Assembly (NCBI GenBank): GCA_013166775.1 | Contig: JABLTJ010000003.1 | Coordinates: 149,950 to 213,949 of the forward strand | From: Promethearchaeati archaeon | GTDB lineage: Archaea > Asgardarchaeota > Heimdallarchaeia > Heimdallarchaeales > Heimdallarchaeaceae | Length of the DNA: 64,000 bases | Direction of reading: 5' to 3' | In this document: piece by piece, positions 39,409 through 48,912 of the stretch | How positions within the stretch are numbered: position 1 is the stretch's first letter | Layout: each line of letters begins with the position of its first letter | Made by a program: the position numbers and the translations under genes | The notes under the pieces: generated by a model | What the model saw: only the letters and a program-made list of their open reading frames with translations | Database searches by the model: none | Told to the model about the DNA's origin: nothing

Positions 39409-40506
39409 GTGAATCCTCTAGAAGAAAAGCTGCAAGATTTCGTTAGAAATACAGTTGATAAGAACAAATACATCTTTAATTTTCTATTAACGCTTTCAAC
39501 AGGCAATAAAGAATTTAACTGGTCAGGAGCTGAAGGTGTTATTAGTAGAGAACAAAGAATTATTGCAACTCCAACAACTCCATTCTTTATTGCAAGTATA
39601 ACTAAGCTGTTTACAGCAACAACAATCATGAAATTATATGAAGAAAAGAAAATAAACCTAGAGGACAAAATTGTTGATTATTTGCCTGAAAGCTTAGTAA
39701 AAGGACTTCATATCTTCAAAGGTGTTGACTATACTGAAACAATTACAATAAGACATCTCTTGAGTCATACCTCAGGGATAGCTGATTATTTTCTTGAGAA
39801 ACCGAAAGATGGTAAAAGTTACTTCAAGATGGTTTTGGAGAATCCAGAAAAAGAAATAACTATCGATCAAACTATTACAATTGCAAGAGAGAAACTTCAA
39901 CCAAACTTTGTACCTGGAAACAGAGCCAAATATTCTGATACTAATTTCCAACTTTTAGGAAGAATAATTGAATCTGTTGAGAAAAAAGAACTCCATGATG
40001 TTTATCTTGACAAAATCTTTACTCCTCTAGAAATGAAAAACACTTGGCTATACAGGATGTCTGAACCAATTGAGAAATCAAAAGAACCAGTCGCTGAAAT
40101 TTACTACAACAATGATGTAATCTCTTCTAGTAAACCTTTTTACGCTGCTTGGGCAGATGGAGGATTAATCTCTACTACAAACGATAGTTTAGTTTTTTTG
40201 AGAGCTCTTTTCAATGGTGAAATATTAGATAAAGAAAAAACATTAACCCTAATGCATCATTGGAGAAGTATAGGTTTTCCATTGAAGTATGGACTGGGAA
40301 CAATGTATATTGAGTTTCCAGCTGTTATGACTATGTTTCGCAAACTTCCTGGTTTAACTGGTCATTTAGGTTCAACTGGAACTTTTCTTCTATATGCAGA
40401 AGATATTGATTTATACCTTGCAGGAGCTATTAATCAAGCTAATTCTCCTTCAAAAGCTGTGATGATAGTATTAGAATTACTAAGAAAAATAGGAAAAGAA
40501 TTCTAG
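39409..40506 (+). CDS. Serine hydrolase (beta-lactamase/D-Ala-D-Ala carboxypeptidase-like)
   Basis: FIASITK (SxxK), LLSHTSG, YSDTN, YGLG and GHLG motifs. Confidence 0.9.
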   Translation: MNPLEEKLQDFVRNTVDKNKYIFNFLLTLSTGNKEFNWSGAEGVISREQRIIATPTTPFFIASITKLFTATTIMKLYEEKKINLEDKIVDYLPESLVKGLHIFKGVDYTETITIRHLLSHTSGIADYFLEKPKDGKSYFKMVLENPEKEITIDQTITIAREKLQPNFVPGNRAKYSDTNFQLLGRIIESVEKKELHDVYLDKIFTPLEMKNTWLYRMSEPIEKSKEPVAEIYYNNDVISSSKPFYAAWADGGLISTTNDSLVFLRALFNGEILDKEKTLTLMHHWRSIGFPLKYGLGTMYIEFPAVMTMFRKLPGLTGHLGSTGTFLLYAEDIDLYLAGAINQANSPSKAVMIVLELLRKIGKEF

Positions 40507-40521
40507 AATGATTTCAATTAT

Positions 40522-41391
40522 TCAGATTTCTTTTACCTTTAAGAATAGCTCAGAACTATCCCAATTTTTATGGTGTCTTCTGAAAAATTTCTCCAATGCT
40601 TTAGTTCCAAAGAGCTTAACTTGAGATTCATAACATTCAAGAGCTAAGAATTTAAGTTTTTCATAACCTTTGATTGAATTTATTTTAAGTCCCCAATCAA
40701 TGTCTAAATATTTAGATGAGAGAAGTTTTTCAATTTTCTGACCAGAAATCATCGAATTAACAACAGAAGTGATCATAAACCATTTTATGCTTGATTTTTC
40801 AGGTTTCTTAGTTCCTAATGTCATGAGTTTGTTTCCTAGATAATGCTTCCTTCTTATTTTTGTGCTAGCCATTCCATAGAAATCTATATAGAACAGAAAA
40901 TTATCGAAGAGTGCATTATCTACCATAAACATCAAGGAAGCAAGAAAAACTTCAACATGATCAAAATGATTTCCTATTCCAAGAGGAGCATAAATACATG
41001 ACTTCGGATTTTCCTCAAAAATTCTTTCTAGTTCTTCTTGTATCTCTGCGATATTCAAAAACTGCTTAATTCCCTCTGATAGGTTGATCTTGAACACATC
41101 TGTGGGTTTCTTGATTAAAGGTGTTCTATAAGCTCTTTCTTCAATATCCATCCATTTATAATCTGCACTCAGTTTATCAAGTGCTTTTTTATCTTCTCTT
41201 TTTCTTTGGTCGTAAATAGCAAACTTATGGAAGTTTTTTGGAATTGATTCTAAATCAAGTTCCTTAGTATAGACGGTTATAATCAGTACTTCCTCTCTTT
41301 CATAAACTAGTTTAGCAATAGTTCCTCCACAACTGGCTACAGCATCATCTAAATGAGGAGAAAGAAAGATATGTTGCATAACCAAGTACAT
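40522..41391 (-). CDS. PIG-L family deacetylase
   Basis: SPHLDD, R..ED, GNHFDH and YESQ motifs. Confidence 0.88.
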   Translation of the reverse strand: MYLVMQHIFLSPHLDDAVASCGGTIAKLVYEREEVLIITVYTKELDLESIPKNFHKFAIYDQRKREDKKALDKLSADYKWMDIEERAYRTPLIKKPTDVFKINLSEGIKQFLNIAEIQEELERIFEENPKSCIYAPLGIGNHFDHVEVFLASLMFMVDNALFDNFLFYIDFYGMASTKIRRKHYLGNKLMTLGTKKPEKSSIKWFMITSVVNSMISGQKIEKLLSSKYLDIDWGLKINSIKGYEKLKFLALECYESQVKLFGTKALEKFFRRHHKNWDSSELFLKVKEI

Positions 41392-41623
41392 TTAACCTAA
41401 ATTATTAAGATTACTGCTCATTATCTTCAGAAAGCTAGTTTTTTCAATTTGAAAATCTTGAGATAGTTTAAAAAAGTCCAAAGTATATTCAACTAGATAG
41501 AAATGAGATTAAAGACTATCTTGAGATACATCGAAGTTTTGCTAATAGTAGGAACAATTCTTACTCCAATAATCTTCTATTTTACTCCTCTGAGTATATT
41601 TGATAGATTTGCATCGTTTGGTT

Positions 41624-41752
41624 TTAAAGAACTTCTATTTGATTAGTCAGTGGTCAACAGTTGGTGGAGGAGTACCTGTAGGAATCAGGTCAGGTAGAAA
41701 CATAACTCAGGTTATTTGTAAAAAGGACAAAAGAAAGTTCATTACTTCTTGA
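41624..41752 (+). pseudogene. C-terminal remnant of a phytoene-desaturase-family oxidoreductase
   Basis: LKNFYLISQWSTVGGGVPVGIRSGRNITQVICKKDKRKF matches LANFFMIGHWTVPGGGVPNAFMSGRTVAQIICKQEKKKF of 28842-30350. Confidence 0.8.
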
Positions 41753-41769
41753 ACTTCTACTGAAATCAT

Positions 41770-42408
41770 TCAGCAACATCTAGTTCCTTTATTCGTGGTT
41801 GTAGAACAACCACAAGTAGAAGTGGGTTCTTTTTCACTAATTTCTTGGTTAAGTTTCTCGATTTCCACAACAATTGAGTCTTCTTGCAAAGAGCTATATC
41901 TTGCAATTTCCTCTTTTAATGCAGGATTTAATTCCTCAGGAATTTTTCTATTTTGTTTAATCCTTAATCCTTTTACAATCATTGAATTAAAAGTGTCAAC
42001 ACAACAAATACCTTGAGGATTTTTGTATCTACAAGTATTTCCAAACCTTCCCTTGAGATAAAACATAATGTGTCTCATATCTCTTAATCCGGTCTCTATA
42101 ACTGTTCTAACGATGTCATCTTCTGTGATATTAGTACAATAGCAAGCATATATTGGATCAGCTCCTACTTTATACCAGAGTGGTTTTTTAAACTCCGACT
42201 TGTGAACAGTTTTCTGTACTTCATTGTTGTAATAACCAATCTCACATTGAGGGTTTTTGCACAAAAAGAAGTCAGCATCTGCAATTTTATCTTTAATTTT
42301 CTTATTTACTATTCGTCTAACTGTAAAATTCTTAACTAGCTGTCCTTCTGTTCCACATTGAGGACATTTCTGTTGTTCAATCATTTTATCACCTGTTAAT
42401 GAAATCAA
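41770..42408 (-). CDS. CopZ N-terminal-like Zn/[2Fe-2S] protein (Csac_0668-like) with a Cys-rich tail
   Basis: CPQCG, FLCKNPQC, CYC, C.YKNPQGICC; tail CGC...RCC. Confidence 0.8.
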   Translation of the reverse strand: MISLTGDKMIEQQKCPQCGTEGQLVKNFTVRRIVNKKIKDKIADADFFLCKNPQCEIGYYNNEVQKTVHKSEFKKPLWYKVGADPIYACYCTNITEDDIVRTVIETGLRDMRHIMFYLKGRFGNTCRYKNPQGICCVDTFNSMIVKGLRIKQNRKIPEELNPALKEEIARYSSLQEDSIVVEIEKLNQEISEKEPTSTCGCSTTTNKGTRCC

Positions 42409-43019
42409 TTTCGTATAAATACCATCAGAGCTATAACGAAGTAGTATACCTGAAAATAGCTAACCATGAATCTCTCTGCTAATCCCATATATGGCCCACC
42501 ACCAAACTTACCTGAAATTGCCATTAGGATAAGCACAACTGGTACTGAAACAATTGAAAACCATCCAAAACCAATCCAGCCTTCCAATGATTTCATTCGA
42601 AACCACAGAAAAATCATTGATATCATGATAAGAATGCCCGAAATAACAATGAGAATTAGATGCATTTTTCCGCGAAAAGTAACTAATTTTCCATCTTCAT
42701 CTAAAGGGAAAAATAGAGTTACTAGTAATCCAATGAAAGTACTTATCAGGAATAGAACTGGTCCAACTATTGAACCATCATTTTCAATCCCCCAAAGTAA
42801 ACTAAATGAAAATGCAAACGATAACGCACTACAAGAAATAAAGAATGAACTGAACAACAACCTATTAGGTGCTCTAACTGCAAAGAGAGAACTAACGTCG
42901 TCACGAATGTGATCATAATCCTCTACAATAAATCCTCCAATAATCCAAGCTAAGGTATAGATAATCGGGCTTAGCATTCCACAAATTGCTAAAATTTGAA
43001 GAACATTCATGATATTCAC
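42405..43019 (-). CDS. DUF998 membrane protein
   Basis: YDHIRDDVSSL, FPLD, H and GLAER motifs; TM helices. Confidence 0.85.
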   Translation of the reverse strand: MNIMNVLQILAICGMLSPIIYTLAWIIGGFIVEDYDHIRDDVSSLFAVRAPNRLLFSSFFISCSALSFAFSFSLLWGIENDGSIVGPVLFLISTFIGLLVTLFFPLDEDGKLVTFRGKMHLILIVISGILIMISMIFLWFRMKSLEGWIGFGWFSIVSVPVVLILMAISGKFGGGPYMGLAERFMVSYFQVYYFVIALMVFIRN

Positions 43020-43101
43020 ACGAAATTTTACAGAACATAAAAAGGTTATGTAAAAAGTAGTTTTGTTCTTAGAATAATAAAATAAGAAGAAGGAAGAGGA
43101 A

Positions 43102-43220
43102 TTACTTTTTCCTATTTATTAGAATACTTAGTACGAAGAAGATTACTTGTGCTCATAACAGAATCCCCATTAAAACAATTAGATCTTTGGAAATGAAAGA
43201 GAATTGGTTGGTGTCATTTC
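43102..43220 (-). pseudogene. Remnant C-terminal membrane anchor of a surface protein
   Basis: KDLIVLMGILL*AQVIFFVLSILINRKK*, similar to EILIIAGIILGLQV in 59369-61171. Confidence 0.45.
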
Positions 43221-43305
43221 ATTTTTTAAATAGAATTTTTTGTTTCAATAACTCTTAAATATTACTAATAACTACGTTATTTTTGCATAGTGGAAGGTTA
43301 TTGAT

Positions 43306-44763
43306 ATGGAAGGAAAAAAAGAAGCAAAGGAAAAAAAACTTACAACTTTAGCTGGAAGACGTATTGCAGATAATCAGAATTCTCTAACAGCTGGTGATAG
43401 AGGTCCTCTATTAGTAGAAGATTTTCAACTTTTTGAAAAGTTAGCTCATTTTAACCGAGAACGAATTCCAGAACGTATCGTTCATGCTAAAGGCGCAGGT
43501 GCTTATGGAACGTTTACAGTTAAAAGAGATATTACTCAATATACAAAAGCTAAAGTTTTTTCTGAAATAGATAAAAAGACTGAAGTTTTTCTCCGTTTTT
43601 CTACAGTTGCTGGAGAGAAAGGTTCTGCAGATACTGTTAGAGATGTCAGAGGTTTTGCTTTGAAGTTTTATACTGAAGACGGAAATTGGGATTTGGTAGG
43701 AAACAACACTCCTGTGTTTTTTGTACGTGATCCGTACAAATTTATGGATTTCATTCATTCTCAAAAACGAGAACCTCATACAAATCTTAGATCCGATGCA
43801 ATGCAATGGGATTTCTGGTCATTAAGCCCTGAATCGCTACATCAAGTAACAATTCTCTTTTCTGATAGAGGGATTCCGCAAGGATATGCACACATGAATG
43901 GATATGGAAGTCATACTTACAGTTTCATAAATGCAAAAGATGAAAGATTCTGGGTAAAATTCCATTTTAAAACGCAACAAGGAATTAAGAATTTTACTCA
44001 AGAAGAAGCAAATGAAATTGTAGGAACAAATCCTGATTGGGCAACACAAGACCTGTTTGAAAGAATTGAGAAAAAAGAATTTCCAAGGTGGACTGTATAT
44101 GTACAGATAATGCCTGAAGAGGAAGCAGAGAAATACAAATGGAATCCATTCGATTTAACAAAGGTATGGCCCCATGCAGATTACCCACTAACTGAGGTAG
44201 GAGTTCTTGAACTAAATCGAAATCCTAAAAATTATTATGCAGAAGTAGAACAAGCAGCATTTGCTCCAGCAAACATAGTTCCTGGTGTAGGATTTTCACC
44301 TGATAAAATGCTCCAAGGACGTATTTTTGCATATTCTGATGCGCATAGATATCGTTTAGGAATAAATTATGAGTCATTACCAGTAAACAAACCTAAAGTA
44401 GAAGTTCAGAGTTACCTCAGAGATGGTTTTATGAGACATGATGGGAATTTCGGGAATCAAGTCAATTACGAACCTAATAGTATGGGAGGTCCAAAAGAAG
44501 ATCCTAGGTATAAAGAACCACCTTTGAAGATTTCAGGAGATGCAGACAGATACGGACAACCAATTGTAGATACTGATTTTATTCAACCTGGTAATTTGTA
44601 TAGAATAATGCCTGCAGATGAACAGGAAAGACTCATCAAGAATATAGTTGGAAGTCTAAAGAAAGTTCCTGAATATATTCAAAAAAGACAGTTAGAACAT
44701 TTTCTCAGGGCAGATAAATCATATGGTGAAAGAGTAGCAAAAGGTCTAGGCATTAAAATTTGA
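43306..44763 (+). CDS. katA: Monofunctional heme catalase (small subunit)
   Basis: [30 protein letters not shown] and [14 protein letters not shown] (proximal Tyr). Confidence 0.97.
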   Translation: MEGKKEAKEKKLTTLAGRRIADNQNSLTAGDRGPLLVEDFQLFEKLAHFNRERIPERIVHAKGAGAYGTFTVKRDITQYTKAKVFSEIDKKTEVFLRFSTVAGEKGSADTVRDVRGFALKFYTEDGNWDLVGNNTPVFFVRDPYKFMDFIHSQKREPHTNLRSDAMQWDFWSLSPESLHQVTILFSDRGIPQGYAHMNGYGSHTYSFINAKDERFWVKFHFKTQQGIKNFTQEEANEIVGTNPDWATQDLFERIEKKEFPRWTVYVQIMPEEEAEKYKWNPFDLTKVWPHADYPLTEVGVLELNRNPKNYYAEVEQAAFAPANIVPGVGFSPDKMLQGRIFAYSDAHRYRLGINYESLPVNKPKVEVQSYLRDGFMRHDGNFGNQVNYEPNSMGGPKEDPRYKEPPLKISGDADRYGQPIVDTDFIQPGNLYRIMPADEQERLIKNIVGSLKKVPEYIQKRQLEHFLRADKSYGERVAKGLGIKI

Positions 44764-44827
44764 GGAATAGAATAACTCCTCTTCTTTTATTTCTACAACT
44801 GAAAGACACTTTATCTCATAATTGTTT

Positions 44828-45172
44828 TTATTCTGTTAATTTTTCAAGATTTATAAGGGCATTAAGATAATCTTGTAGAGCATAGAAACGTTCTTCATAG
44901 CTCTTGTTTGGATCCATGAATGTTTCTCTACTCATCACATGAAATCCTCTTTCTGTTCGTTCAATTATTGTAGTATTCTTTGTTTTTATTAGTCTAATTC
45001 TAGGCATCTTTTGTATGTAAGTAATTAACTCTAACCATTTTTCAGCTGTAGAAGGATTAAATCCGATATCCTGTAAACGGGATTTTGGAAAAGGCTCATA
45101 TTCATATTCAATCTTTTGAAAAATTGCTTTAGCTCTTTCAATCAATGTTCTTCGATTCTTAGATTGACTCAT
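44828..45172 (-). CDS. Small hypothetical protein, possibly wHTH
   Basis: KSRLQDIGFNPSTAEKWLELI is helix-turn-helix-like and is followed by a beta hairpin. Confidence 0.6.
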   Translation of the reverse strand: MSQSKNRRTLIERAKAIFQKIEYEYEPFPKSRLQDIGFNPSTAEKWLELITYIQKMPRIRLIKTKNTTIIERTERGFHVMSRETFMDPNKSYEERFYALQDYLNALINLEKLTE

Positions 45173-45234
45173 AATACATTATTGTATTTTTATAATATAA
45201 AAATGTATTTAAATGAGATGTAATTTTTCAATAT

Positions 45235-47370
45235 ATGTCTAGGAAAGCAGCTAATGAATCAAACGTTAGAGTTGATGTTGAAAACCAAAAATGGGCCATA
45301 GTAGGTATTATAGGTGCATTTCTAGAGAGATATAACAAAGACAATGCAAAGGAATTAAGAGAAAAATTCTCAGAAAAATATGATGCATTAATTAATCAAC
45401 ACAAACACGACGATTTAACAAAATTGTCTCAATTTTACCGACTTATTTCAGAGTTTAGATTAGCACTTGAATCAATTCTAGAACCAGGTCCAATTTATGA
45501 AAACCTATGTGACAGAATGGTAGAAATGTTTGATATTACATTAGCTGGCATTCAAAGACAAATTGATAATAAAATCCGTCACCCTTCTGATGGTCCGATT
45601 CTTCCAGGTAGTGATAATAAAACCTCAATCAAATTCTTCTGTACAGTTTGTGAACAGTTCTTAGATATTCCTGAAGTGTTGAAGGAGCAGCTATTAATTT
45701 CTGATGAAAGAATAGAATTACCTGAACATCATGATAAAGAATTAGAGATAAGGATTGTAAGTACAGAGGAAGATACCTTAGAAATGAAGAGCAATAAATC
45801 AGTTTCAAAAATAAAATCTGCAAGAGAGCTAATGGGGTATTCCAGTACAGAAATTGAAGAGATTCAGCAAAATAAGGACAAACTAGCTAAGATATTTCCT
45901 GAAATTCTTTCTCAAGCAGATAATGATATTGGTGAATACTTGAATGTTTTAAGTGTTGGAATTGATGTTGGATCTTCTACATCACATCTTGTATTTTCAG
46001 GTTTAACTCTGAGAAGAGAAAGAAGTTTCTTCAATATGTCAAATCGCTTTTATCTGATCAATCGGAAAATAATCTATGAGGGTAATATTATCGACACTCC
46101 TCTAATTGACCGTTTTACTATAGATATTGATACAGTAGTAGAATTCTTTGAAGAGGAGTACAAGAAAGCAGATATTAATCCTGAGATGGTAGATACAGGA
46201 GCTGTTATAGTTACTGGAGAAACAGCGAAGAAACAAAATGCAGAAGAGATAGTGAGGAGATTATCCTCAGAGACAGGTAAATTTGTTAGTGCTGCAGCAG
46301 GACCAAATTTTGAGTCACTTCTCGGAGCTATGGGTAGTGGTATAGTAGACCTTTCTCTTAAGAACGAAAATACAATAATGAATGTAGATGTTGGTGGTGG
46401 GACCAGCAATCTAGCTATCGTATCTAAGGGTAGTGTTCTCAGTACTTCTTGCATCAATATCGGTGGGAGATTACTAGGTATAGATAAAAAATTCAAGATT
46501 TGGAGAATAGATGAGCCAACTGAATTTCTTATGAAGGAGTTGAATATGGATTATCATATTGACGATATCATTCCTGAGGAAGATGTCAGAACCATTGCAC
46601 ATGAATACGCAAAAGCTCTGGTTGAGGTGATGAGAGGACCAGCTAAAAGTAAAATAGCAAAGGAATTGATGATGACTAGTAATCTGGATTTTTCTATCCC
46701 AATTGACGAATTCTCGCTTTCAGGCGGAGTAGCGGAGATGTTTTACGGTGATGAGACTGAATATAATGATATAGGAAAGTATCTCGCAGAGGAAATTAAA
46801 TTTTTAATGGAAAAATATAATTTAACCTTACTAGAACCCGAAAATAAAATTAGGGCAACTGTTATTGGTGCTGGAGCATTTTCTCTTTCAGTTTCTGGTT
46901 CCACCTGTTATTTTGATAAAACTATCTTGTTCCCTCTTGAAAATCTTCCAGTTATTAATATAAATATACGAAAAGAAAATTATAGTCCGAAGAAGCTTAA
47001 GGAAGAAGTCATTAGAGCTTTCAAGAGATTTGACATGCAAGAGGGTAAAGATTTAGTAGCTTTATACTTTAAAGATCCAATCCATAGAAATAATTTTTAT
47101 CTGTCAGATTTCGCTAAAGCCATTGAAAAAGTTTTACCAAATTCAATTGCTAACAATAAAATGGTTATCTTGATTTTTGACCAAGATATGGGCGGATCTG
47201 TAGGTATTGCACTTCGCAGAGAAACATCATTACAGAACAACCTAATTTGTATGGATGAATTAGAGCTTGAGGAAGGCGATTGGATTGATATCGGAGCTCC
47301 GCTCTACTCAGGTCAAGCTTTCCCAGTAACTGTAAAGAGCTTGGTGTTTAACAAGAACAAGAATCACTAA
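45235..47370 (+). CDS. eutA: EutA-family ethanolamine ammonia-lyase reactivating factor (ASKHA ATPase) with an ~230-aa N-terminal extension
   Basis: SVGIDVGSSTSHLVFS, TGAVIVTGETAKK.NA, DVGGGTSN, RATVIGAG and PVTVKSLVF motifs. Confidence 0.88.
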   Translation: MSRKAANESNVRVDVENQKWAIVGIIGAFLERYNKDNAKELREKFSEKYDALINQHKHDDLTKLSQFYRLISEFRLALESILEPGPIYENLCDRMVEMFDITLAGIQRQIDNKIRHPSDGPILPGSDNKTSIKFFCTVCEQFLDIPEVLKEQLLISDERIELPEHHDKELEIRIVSTEEDTLEMKSNKSVSKIKSARELMGYSSTEIEEIQQNKDKLAKIFPEILSQADNDIGEYLNVLSVGIDVGSSTSHLVFSGLTLRRERSFFNMSNRFYLINRKIIYEGNIIDTPLIDRFTIDIDTVVEFFEEEYKKADINPEMVDTGAVIVTGETAKKQNAEEIVRRLSSETGKFVSAAAGPNFESLLGAMGSGIVDLSLKNENTIMNVDVGGGTSNLAIVSKGSVLSTSCINIGGRLLGIDKKFKIWRIDEPTEFLMKELNMDYHIDDIIPEEDVRTIAHEYAKALVEVMRGPAKSKIAKELMMTSNLDFSIPIDEFSLSGGVAEMFYGDETEYNDIGKYLAEEIKFLMEKYNLTLLEPENKIRATVIGAGAFSLSVSGSTCYFDKTILFPLENLPVININIRKENYSPKKLKEEVIRAFKRFDMQEGKDLVALYFKDPIHRNNFYLSDFAKAIEKVLPNSIANNKMVILIFDQDMGGSVGIALRRETSLQNNLICMDELELEEGDWIDIGAPLYSGQAFPVTVKSLVFNKNKNH

Positions 47371-47878
47371 GACTAGCGAAATTGATCCTTTTGGTCCATC
47401 AGGTGGTTGGGGAATTGTAGAAACCGTATGGAACTGCAGTAATCTGGCAATGGTTTTAATAGGGGCTTTACTTACCTTTTCATCGTTCTGGATTGTGAGT
47501 AAGGTAGCAGAAGTAATCAGCGCAGCTAGTGTAAGTTTCTTTAGTGCTTGTGCTAATTTCTTTGCTGTATTATTTAATCATATGAGTAGTGTTGCAATGA
47601 TAGGTAGTGCTTTCCTGGCATTTCTACCTGCTATAGTTAATTTTATCTTAACTAAACTGATTCCTAAAATAGCTTGGTACTTAGCAGCTGCAGCAATTGC
47701 TGATGTGACTGCTCAAGCTGCAGCGATAGCAGCAACAGCTGGAACTGCTCTTGCTATTAAAGTATTGCAAATTATTTCAGTAGTTACAACAGTTATATGG
47801 TGGATAGTAGGATCTATTTCGGACATTACTGATACTGACGATATATGCAATATGCCAACATGGTTATTTAGTGGATAA
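47371..47878 (+). CDS. Ala-rich hydrophobic protein, probably a 5'-truncated C-terminal fragment
   Basis: The frame is open upstream of ATG 47450 (TSEIDPFGPSGGWGIVETVW...) into the eutA end; long hydrophobic helices. Confidence 0.5.
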
Positions 47879-47927
47879 ATTATCCATTCAAAAACATTAA
47901 AATATTGAAAATGGAGATGGATTTGAA

Positions 47928-48773
47928 ATGAAAGGAATTAATTCATCTCCAAAGTTTTTTTCTCAAAATAAAGAAGATTTACAAATTTGGAATTTCTCCA
48001 GAGAAAAATCATTAAAGAGTTTAATACTGATATCACTTATTCTGTTTATTTTTGCAGTTTTTTTTCTATTATGGGGATTAGTAATTACTTCAAGATACAG
48101 AGTGTATTGGTACGATATTTTTAACCTCATCAGTTTTTTAATGATTATAATTGCAGGAGGATGGATTAGTTTTACATCAAGTGCGATAGCGTTTTTAATA
48201 AAACCAAGAAAACGAGAAAGACGATTTATTATGGGCATGAATTGGTTAGTAGCTATTATTGGAACAATTACTACAACAATAGCCTATGTTTTAATAATCC
48301 TTTTTGTTTGGATTCCTTCCTTATCTATTTCCGATCAATTGATTCCTTCCATAAAATATGGGTTACCAATTATCCTACCAGTAATAGTCTGGCCTTCTGT
48401 TTTTATCATTTGGTTCTCATATATTCTCTTAACAACATATACAAATATAAAAATTGATCAGAATATTAAGGAAATATTAATTTACGGACGTACTGCGAAA
48501 AGGGATAGATTCAGTTATATTTTTCCTCTTTCACCAGAATATCAGATAGCAATTATGAAATATAATGTAAAAAACTTGTCAAAAAAATACCGAAGATGGG
48601 GAATATTTCTAGAAACCGAAACTCAGCTAATAAGACTTTACTCTGGATATGAAAAAGGAGTTAAGCAATTTCTTGAAGAATTAGTAGCAATAACCGATTG
48701 GTTAACAGTTATAAAGATAGATGAAGAACCACCAAGTATATTAGAAATTTGCTCTTCTAAAGATCTTTTTTAG
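47928..48773 (+). CDS. Membrane protein (4 TM) with a soluble C-terminal domain
   Basis: Four hydrophobic segments; GGAG RBS upstream. Confidence 0.7.
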   Translation: MKGINSSPKFFSQNKEDLQIWNFSREKSLKSLILISLILFIFAVFFLLWGLVITSRYRVYWYDIFNLISFLMIIIAGGWISFTSSAIAFLIKPRKRERRFIMGMNWLVAIIGTITTTIAYVLIILFVWIPSLSISDQLIPSIKYGLPIILPVIVWPSVFIIWFSYILLTTYTNIKIDQNIKEILIYGRTAKRDRFSYIFPLSPEYQIAIMKYNVKNLSKKYRRWGIFLETETQLIRLYSGYEKGVKQFLEELVAITDWLTVIKIDEEPPSILEICSSKDLF

Positions 48774-48912
48774 ATAGTTAAAATATAAAATTGATTATCA
48801 AAAGTAAAAATATTTTGTTAAACAGGGATCCTAATCTAAATAACAAGAGATGCTCATTCTCAGCAGTTGCTTTTTATCATGATAAATTTCTAGATTTAAA
48901 ACCAACTATATA

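Noticed and set aside
9451-40506. Antibiotic-resistance island or integron (beta-lactamase-like, APH-like and GNAT genes)
   Set aside because: These are generic superfamily members in mixed orientation, with no integrase and no recurring attC-like site that I could find.
41770-41772. RCC-TGA at the end of the CopZ-like gene read as Sec
   Set aside because: The core Cys positions are all true Cys, the read-through peptide is unremarkable, and I could not identify a SECIS element.
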